From: Podarcis muralis
Lineage: Eukaryota
NCBI RefSeq assembly: GCF_964188315.1
Contig: NC_135661.1
Location: 54,374,001-54,438,000 of the forward strand
Length of the DNA: 64,000 nucleotides
Direction of reading: 5' to 3'
Numbering within the stretch: position 1 is the first letter of the stretch; each line of letters starts with the position of its first letter. A program made the translations under genes and the position numbers. Positions 56,478 to 64,000 of this stretch are shown piece by piece. The notes beneath the pieces are model-generated. The model saw nothing but the letters and a program-made list of their open reading frames with translations. It did no database searches and was not told the DNA's origin.

Positions 56478-57363
56478 TTTCCCAGCTTCTCAGAGGGTTG
56501 CATTGTAGCAGGATAGCCAAGGACCTTGTTCTAACTAGCAGTGACAATAGATGACAAGGGAAGCCTGCAACTCTTTCTGCTCTACCTACCTGCCCTCGGA
56601 GGAAGAACCACCCCCGGCATAAGAGGCAACAGGACCATGATGGCATCCACGACTCTTTAGCCTTTCTGCAGGTAATTTCAGTTTTCTGTGGGGTAGACTG
56701 AGTGGTTCAAAGTGGTTCTGTAAAGAACTGTGGTAGAGGACCTTCTTAGTATGTCAAATTTTCCTGAGTTAGTCCCCTAGCATCTCCAGGTAGGAGGTGA
56801 GGTAACATGTTTGGAAACCCAGAAAGCCACAGTGAGCCAGTTCTAGACAATTGGCAAGATGTTCCTGCAGATAAGGCAGCTTCCTATTGAATTAGAGAGC
56901 TAGGAGAGAATTTGCAGTAAGGCTTTGTTGCCTATTGAGGGTGCTATATGCTCAAAATGCTTAATAACTGCCGGCTTGTGTTTGGCTCCCTGTTTTGGCA
57001 CTGCTTGAATTGTTACTGTTGATGAAGTAAGGTGAGCTTGTTTGGGGAGAGGAGTCATAAAGCCATGTGCGTTTCTTTTTGTTGAAGCCCTGGGATCCAT
57101 TCAATACATCAAAACAAGTGTTATTTCACACTTTCCAGTGCATTTTCACTTTCCCCTTTACTTTTCTCATCACAAAATGTCTGATCTTCTGGGGGAAGTG
57201 GGTTTGTGGAGCAAGATCTCCCCATCAACTCTTATTGTGCAGCTTAAATGTGTGAATTAGAAGCCGCCCAGAAATGCCCACAGACTCCCCCAGTGGTACA
57301 TTTTTGGGCTTTTTTTTCCTGGCAAGAAGCAGTAATGAAATTCTGCCTTCTGCAGGTGGCAGG

Positions 57364-57489
57364 ATGCTGGGCTGGATTGAGAAAGTCGTACCGCAACCTC
57401 CTGTCAGCTCCCCCATCGCTGTAGTAGTGGGGAAAGACACACAGGCTGACCAAATAGCTGTAGAAGCTGGGCCTGTATCTGCAAGGCAG
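57364..57489 (+). CDS. CNGB1: CNGB1 first coding exon (exon starts at 57356), GARP repeat 1
   Basis: ttctgcag acceptor, CAG|GTAAGT donor, MLGWIEKVVPQPP. Confidence 0.92.
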
Positions 57490-60400
57490 GTAAGTGGACA
57501 TCTCAAAGGCATGCTGAGGGTGGGGTGGGGGCTTTGTACCAGGGCTCATGAGGCAAGATGGGGAGACTGCCTCAGGTGGCAGCATTCACGGGGGCATCAG
57601 ATCCTGATGTAGATCTTCCTTCCTCACTCATTTCTTCCCTGGTGGGGATGGGCGGGAGGCGCAATTTTGGCATGCGCCTCAGGTGCCAAAATGTCTTGGG
57701 CCAGTCTTGGACCATACTAATTCCATGGACTTTTGACATGTCACATTCCACCCTGGCAAACACAGGCTTGATCTTAAGGGTCAGCAGTGGGAATGGTGTG
57801 GTGAGAATGAGGTGAGGATTACTACAGGACAGCTGAAAATGGATCAGCAGCAGAGATGACCACACGTTGGGATGTGGTTTCAAGTGGGAGCTGATGTGCT
57901 TTATGAAAACAAGAACAGCAACAACAATTTACAGAACAAAAGTGTTTGGCCACTGGCCATTGCTGAGAAAATAACTCAGAATTGAAAAGTGATAAAAGGA
58001 ATAGAAAAACACACACAGGACAAATCTTTTACCACGTGGCAATTTATTTAACACACAAATGATAATGGTCTTAAAGAAAAGCTCTGTAGAGCATTGTTGC
58101 AGATATGATTAGTGTGAACAGTACGGTCTGAACTACACTCTTTTTTAAAAAATTGTTTGCTATCTGTGACAGATGAGACGATTTATGTGCTGTCCCCTCA
58201 CATAAGGTTTGGATAATCTGTGTGGGTTGATAAAGAAACAGTTACATTAATGTATAACCTGGTACCTGATGAGAGGTGTGGAAGAGAAGGATTAGAGATG
58301 TTATGCTACGTGCTTGTAATACAAAATTATTACATTTATTGTAATAAATGAAAATTATTTAAAGGATAAAATTAAAACGAGCACACAACTGGAGTGTGCT
58401 GTGCTCACCTTCTGCACCATTTATAAAATGAGCTTAACTCACCCTGCTTTGGCTTTTCAACCAATCTAATTGTGTACACGAATGCAGCAGGTGGCAGAGT
58501 TGAGTCTTCCACAGCATGTAGTGTAGATTGGAGGCTGTGTGTGTTTGGCAGAGATGCTTAGGAGGACGGTCCCTGTTTACAACTGAGAAAATGTTGGCAG
58601 GTCTGCAAAGGGTTGAAGAGCTGGTGTTGCTTCCAGGCTACTTTTAGTTTTGTTAAGGCAGCTGCAGATTTTGCAGCAAATGCAATTGTCCAAGGCAGCC
58701 TTCCTTCCCCAACGTGGTACACTCCAGAGGTTTCAGACTCTACAACTCTCACCAACCCCAGACAGCACAGCTGTATGATGCTTGGGCTGGTGGAAGTATG
58801 GCTTTGCTGGCTGGGGCTGATGGGAGTTGTAGCTTGAAACATCTGGAGGGGACTGGCTGAGCTAATGTGATACACCTGGCTGCAGTGTAATATGCTGCCA
58901 GCCCTTAAGACTATGATAAGAGTCTGCTGGATCAGACCAATGGCCCCCCAAGTCTAGTAAGCTGTGCTCACAGTGGCCAATCTTAGGACAGCCCTCCCCT
59001 CTCTCATCCCCGAGTCCATCATTTACACGGCAACACAGTGAAAGAAATTACAGAAAGGTGTGTGGAGGGCTTGAGCCCTAGTCCAAAGGCTGATATTTAA
59101 GATTAGATGGTCTGCTCATCAAGTAGGCAGAAGAGAACTAACTGGTTGGGCTTGAGCAAGATGCTTCTGGCTGATCTTCTCTGCTACCCTCTGGGTGCTA
59201 TTTCACTGCCTGAGAGTTGTTCTCTGATTGTGGTTTCTTCTCTCTTGTGAATCCTCAAGCTGACAGAAAGGAGTCCCAGGAGTGTTGCAGAAGGTAAGAA
59301 TTGGGGGTGATGGGGAGGGGAAAGAAGAGTACATGTGTATAAGTGCTGGAGACAAGGCAGAGTTTGGATTACAAATTCTCAGTGCTCCTTCAGACAGCCT
59401 CTTTATTCAGCATTCAGTTTGATTTGCTAGCGCAAAGCTCATGCAGATGTCCTGCCCTTACTGGGTATTCATTCTGATTTGCTTCTAGGGCAGTTATATG
59501 ACAAGGACCATTCAGCCTGGTTCACTTGCAGGGTGTTTATGTATCTTCCCATTGATAATTTGCTCACCCCATACTTCAATGAATGTCCCTGGCACTTCCC
59601 AAACTGCAAGAAGTCCTGTTTTGTTAGTAGATTTGTCATGGGAGGATGATGGAGAGCTCTAATCCACTAGGATTGCACACATCTGCGTTTCTGGTATGCG
59701 TTTGAATCTCTCCTGCAAATTACTGACAGGTGACCCACAGGTGGGTTCAGGCAGCTACTGCTTTTGGACGACATCTCTGCAAATGAAGCTGCAAATGCAT
59801 TGTCTTGTTCGCTTAGAATCTACCTTGGTGGCTTGACTCTGCCTCCAGAAGGCTTGCAAAGTGGGAGGGAGTTAGAATGAGTCTAGGGCACCCAAACTAT
59901 TTTTTGGGTTGTTACCTTCTCCTTGACCATACACCCATTCCCAATTCTGCACTGTTGGCCATCATAACTACTTGTTGTGACGCCAAGATTTTCAGGTGCA
60001 TCTTTGAACATTAAAAGTATGGGCAGTTTGCAAGGATGGCAGTAGAGGAGAGAGGTGCTGTGGAACCTCTGTGCACATTTCCAGACTTCAAGATCTCTTT
60101 TGAAAAGTTGCAAAAATGCAACCCTGTCCCTTAAGGAGGTGTCATGGGGGCATCACCAAAAAATCTTCTGTGGCTGTAAATGTGATCCAGAGAAATCTTA
60201 TATGCTCCTGGAAATGCAAGTAGCACCCAAGGATAATTTTAGCTTATAGCTTGGCTTTTCCTCCATTTAGGGTTCAAAGAACATGCTCGTGATTCTGTCT
60301 CAACAACAGACAGGTACCTGCCATTCTTTGTTTCTCTCCCCCTTATTTTACACATGTACCATTTCCACATGGGTTTCTTATTCTGAATTGCAGCTAAAAG

Positions 60401-63398
60401 TAATAGTAGGGAAAGGAGTCATCTGTCTGAAGCTTTCTAGCATACTCTGAAAGGCTCCTTTTTGAGGTGGTTTACTCAGAGGATGGTGGCAAACAGTACA
60501 AAGTGAGGCCTTCAGGGGTCTCCTGAACTGTCCCCTTGTAGAGATGCGTTGATTTTAGACCTTCAAGTCTCCACTTTGGGCAAGATGAGGAGGACTGTTA
60601 AGGCAGAAGACAAACCAGAGGCAAGTTTCATATCTGCATTACAGGCCAAAATGCCCCTAGTATTGGTTACAGAACCATAGTTCCAGGAGCCAGCAGTTAA
60701 GATCCATATGCTGAGTTTGTGGATCTGGCTATACTCACATATGTTAGGAACTCTAGCATGGGTGAGAAGCCAGGTCTGGGAACGATGGGATGGGGAGCCT
60801 AATTCCTTTCTCAGCCTTTTCAACACCTGCCCTCCTTCCCATGTGGCAGCTGAATCAAAGACCCTGCTTTCTGCAATTCAGGGTGTGCTCATCTGAGTAG
60901 CACCCTTAAATGACTGGGTGGGTTTGTTTATATGTTTGGGGTGATAATGGGGGGGACCCCATTCCTTGCAGCTAGCTGCCTTCTGGGTGGGGAAAGGTCT
61001 TGGCTCTGCTTCTGCTGTTAAGGTCTGGAAGGAAGGAAGCTTCTTTGTCCACCCCAGCCCTCCTCCTCCTCCTTTGCAGCCCTGGCCGAGGAGTCCTCAC
61101 CTGGATATCTCAGGGCCTGGAGAAGGTGATGCCACAGCCGGCACAGAACTCTCCTGTCATGCTGCAAGCGGCTGCCAAGAGCTTTGAAGCTAGCATTGAT
61201 ATCCCAGATGTGGTGAGTAAGGGTGATCCAGTTTGATGGCAGTCTTGCTTTCATCCTGAAATGTTTCCAATGGTGAAATTTATTTTTTTGGTCTGTGTTC
61301 AGACAGAAGTCCAGAGCATAGAGGAGGAGAAAGAGGAAGAGGAAGAAATAGGTAAAGTGCTTGTGTATGTTTGTGTGTCCCCTGCCTGTGAGTGGGCACT
61401 GAAGTGTGTTCCCTGACATGATATATAGAGGGGTAAAGGTAAAGGGACCCCTGACAGTTAAGTCCAGTCGCAGATGGCTCTGGGGTTGCAGCGCTCATCT
61501 CGCTTTACAGGCCAAGGGAGCTGGCATTTGTCCGCAGACAGTTTTCCGGGTCATGTGGCCAGCATGACTAAGCCACTTCTGGCGCAAAGGAACACCGAAA
61601 CCAGAGCAGCACACGAAAACACTGTTTACCTTCCCACCGGAGCAGTACCTATTTATCTACTTGCACTTTTTGGCATGTTCTCAAACTGCTAGGTGGGCAG
61701 GAGCTGGGACCGAGCAATGGGAGCTCATCCCTTCGTGGGGATTTGAATCGCCGACCTTCTGATCGGCAGGCCCAAGAGCCTCAGCACCACCCACCCCCAT
61801 AGAGGGGTAAGTTGCCTGTAAATAATTGACCAGCATGAGGGGCCCCCTATTCAATCATAGCTGTGCAGTTTCTCATATCTTTAATACTCCACAGAGTTCC
61901 TCTTCTCTGTCTCTCAGGTATTCACAGCAGCTACTGCCATTAAGCCAACGGTTTCACTCAAAGAATCCTCCTTAAACTGGACACTATACTCTGGGTAGGA
62001 TTGCAGCAACAGGAAAGGGAATGTTTAATCACCCCCCCCCCCCACTGAATGTCATGATGAATGTCTTCCCCTAACATTAAGGACCAGGGAAAGGGGGACT
62101 TATTACCGTATTTTTTGCACCATAACACTCACTTTTTTCCTCCTAAAAAGTAAGGGGAAATGTCTGTGCGTGTTATGGAGGGAATGCCTACGGGTGGCAT
62201 GCCTACGGATTTTCCTCCTCTAGAAACTACGTGCATGTTATGGTCGGGTGCGTGTTATAGAGCGAAAAATACGGTATTTTTAATTTTGCTTTATTTGTTT
62301 CTATACTAAGATGCAAATAAAAATATATCTATGCAGTGTACAAACATAATTTAAAACCAATAGCAACAACAACAAAACACAGCAAAATACATTGATGGAA
62401 GAGAAGTGCAAAATGAGTTATCTGATACGAAGGTTATAGAAATGATAATCTGGCCCTTTCAGCAGACGGTGAGAAAGTACCGTATTTTTTGCTGTATAAG
62501 ACTCACTTTTTCCCTCCTAGAAAGTAAGGGGAAATGTGTGTGCGCCTTATGGAGCGAATGCAGGCTGCGCAGCTATCCCAGAAACCAGAACAGCAAGAGG
62601 GATTGCTGGTTTCACTGCGCAGCGATCCCTCTTGCTGTTCTGGCTTCTGAGATTCAGATTTTTTTTTTCTTGTTTTCCTCCTCCGAAAACTAGGTGCGTC
62701 TTGTGGTCTGGTGCGTCTTATAGAGCAAAAAATACAGTATCTTCTTTTCCAATCCCCTGTTCTCTCTCTCATTTCTCCTACTTCCACCAGTGTCTGTGAT
62801 TGATGAAGAAGAGGAGCAGAATGAACTGTACTACAGCTCAGACAACAACGCCCCAGATAAAATGTAAGTTTTCCCAAACCCACCAGGTATTTTGAACTTC
62901 GCCTGTGCTTGAATCCTAAAAACATTATACAGAAGTAGAAATTTCAAGGTGGAGAGTCTGAAGATGAAGCTTCTTAGTAGGAACCCCTCCCTGAAGGAGC
63001 AGTTTGGAGCGCCATTTATGCACCTTTAGCTATGCCGCCACTTTGCTGGGAATGCACAGAAATGCTCTATGATCTTAATCTATGTACTAACTAGCACTTG
63101 TGCAATGTTTGACTGCAATTTCCCACAGAAACAGGATGAAGGGAACCACAGGGGGGAATCTTCTTTGTGTATTCCTTTTAGTTCTATAATGTGGACACAC
63201 ACACAAACACTCTCAACATGTGTCTTGCTGTAGCTGTGATAACAGTTTTATTGTGGACTAGTAAGATGAACAATCGTAATAATGTGTTCCTTTTCTCTTT
63301 ATCTCTTTCTTTGAAGTGGTGGGAAAAAAGTGATCACTTGGATTTGGGAAGGATTTGGGAAAATGATGCCTCAACCTGAAAACATGAAAAAGACGGAG
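57364..63398 (+). CDS. CNGB1: Cyclic nucleotide-gated channel beta-1, N-terminal GARP region, 5'-partial gene (continues beyond window): join(57364..57489,59260..59293,60271..60313,61080..61212,61303..61351,62791..62863,63317..63398), 180 aa
   Basis: Starts MLGWIEKVVPQPP (human MLGWVQRVLPQPP as recalled); W...PQP GARP repeats; Glu-rich exon; phase-consistent GT-AG chain 0,1,2,0,1,2,0; position next to TEPP agrees. The two small exons 59260 and 60271 are supported by splice sites and phase only. Confidence 0.88.
59260..59293 (+). CDS. CNGB1: CNGB1 candidate small exon (phase 0 to 1), LTERSPRSVAE
   Basis: Pyrimidine tract plus caag acceptor, AAG|GTAAGA donor; phase fits. Confidence 0.6.
60271..60313 (+). 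CDS. CNGB1: CNGB1 candidate small exon (phase 1 to 2), FKEHARDSVSTTD
   Basis: ttttcctccatttag acceptor, CAG|GTACCT donor; joins to give TTDS-PGRGVLTW (compare human EMNS-PSRRVLTW). Confidence 0.68.
61080..61212 (+). CDS. CNGB1: CNGB1 exon with second GARP repeat (VLTWISQGLEKVMPQP)
   Basis: cctttgcag acceptor, gtgagt donor. Confidence 0.9.
61303..61351 (+). CDS. CNGB1: CNGB1 Glu-rich exon TEVQSIEEEKEEEEEI
   Basis: tgttcag acceptor, G|GTAAAG donor; phase 0 to 1. Confidence 0.8.
61433..61795 (-). mobile_element. Sauria SINE, reverse orientation, in a CNGB1 intron
   Basis: GGTAAAGGTAAAGG tail and reverse-complement similarity to 9995-10348. Confidence 0.88.
62106..62274. mobile_element. Tc1/mariner (Tc2/pogo-like) MITE
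   Basis: TIR CCGTATTTTT / AAAAATACGG with TA flanks. Confidence 0.82.
62480..62737. mobile_element. Related Tc1/mariner MITE, longer variant
   Basis: Same TIR type, TA flanks, shared ACTCACTTTTTCCCTCCTA..AAGTAAGGGGAAATGT. Confidence 0.8.
62791..62863 (+). CDS. CNGB1: CNGB1 exon SVIDEEEEQNELYYSSDNNAPDK
   Basis: Long pyrimidine tract plus ccag, gtaagt donor; 73 nt, phase 1 to 2. Confidence 0.82.
63317..63398 (+). CDS. CNGB1: CNGB1 exon with third GARP repeat (VITWIWEGFGKMMPQP)
   Basis: ttctttgaag acceptor, GAG|GTAAGT donor; phase 2 to 0. Confidence 0.87.
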
Positions 63399-64000
63399 GT
63401 AAGTGCAGACAAGGCAGAGAACCAATAGGAAAACAAATAAAAGGCAACAGTGTTGTTCCATTTAAACAAAATAATACTTTGCTGGGACCACCCAAGGCTC
63501 ACAAGGTGGTGTGTGAAATTTTGGCATACACAAAACTCTTCCTCAGGTTAGTGTGTGTCAGAGGTTTTTTTTTTAAAAAAATAGAATATAATGAAGTTTG
63601 CTTTCAGTCTCTTGGGCTGCACAAAATAACTAAGCTGGGCTGAATTGCTGCAGAAGCTCCCAAATGCTGTAGAATTCATTCATTCATTTGAATTTCTACC
63701 TATAGGTTTTAAATTTTATAGGGAGGCTCTCCTGGTATCTTCATTACATATCTTTAGATGCCAGGCAAAAACATTTCTCCATAACAAGGTTTTTGCCTGA
63801 TAAACATTCAATGGACTTTCATACATGTTTGTGGGAAGGTGGCTATTGGCTTGTTTTTGTTTTATGTATTTGGAGTTCTCATTTTATCTTTTTACGTTGT
63901 GAACTGCCCTGTGATCTTTGGATGAAGGATGCTTTTCTCTGAACTGCAGGCTCCTCCCTACCTGCCACTTGCTGCCTTTTTCTACTCCTTTGCAAAAGCC

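Noticed and set aside
17375-58860. Recurrent palindromic repeats as a CRISPR-like array
   Set aside because: They are dispersed rather than regularly spaced, and have TIRs and 8-bp TSDs. They are hAT MITEs in a vertebrate genome.
60441-60761. Other candidate CNGB1 exons (60441-60502; 60681-60761; also 59431-59464 and 61918 onward)
   Set aside because: Weaker splice sites or incompatible phase. The chain 59260-60271-61080-61303-62791 closes the frame without them. They cannot be excluded as minor cassettes.

Overview
Eukaryotic genomic DNA from a squamate reptile, most likely a lacertid lizard (Podarcis/Lacerta-like, inferred from Sauria-type SINEs with ACCTTT tails and squamate CR1/L2/hAT repeats). 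The window holds the conserved amniote block MMP15(-), USB1(-), ZNF319(+), SPMIP8/TEPP(-), CNGB1(+, 5' part only). I spliced all five genes by hand from GT-AG sites and reading phase: MMP15 10 exons/660 aa, USB1 7 exons/281 aa, ZNF319 one coding exon/587 aa, SPMIP8 7 exons/216 aa, CNGB1 7 exons/first 180 aa. Gene identities rest on my recall of the human proteins, not on a database search. Most entries in the ORF track are noise (many start at TTG/GTG, or are antisense or CpG-island shadows). There is no CRISPR array and no prokaryote-style system. I found no clearly new multi-gene system. The best leads are: (i) an apparent tandem duplication of a three-exon GARP repeat module in CNGB1; (ii) two separate CRX-site clusters, each followed by a candidate non-coding first exon (one with a GC donor), back-to-back with an RFX X-box cluster that predicts a hidden first exon of SPMIP8; (iii) an abundant hAT MITE family carrying exact copies of the M4 / ZNF143-THAP11 promoter motif; (iv) retroelement tails sitting at MMP15 3' splice sites, with a possible intronic poly(A) site that would give a soluble catalytic-domain-only MMP15; (v) alternative acceptors and uORFs that could change the ZNF319 N-terminus.
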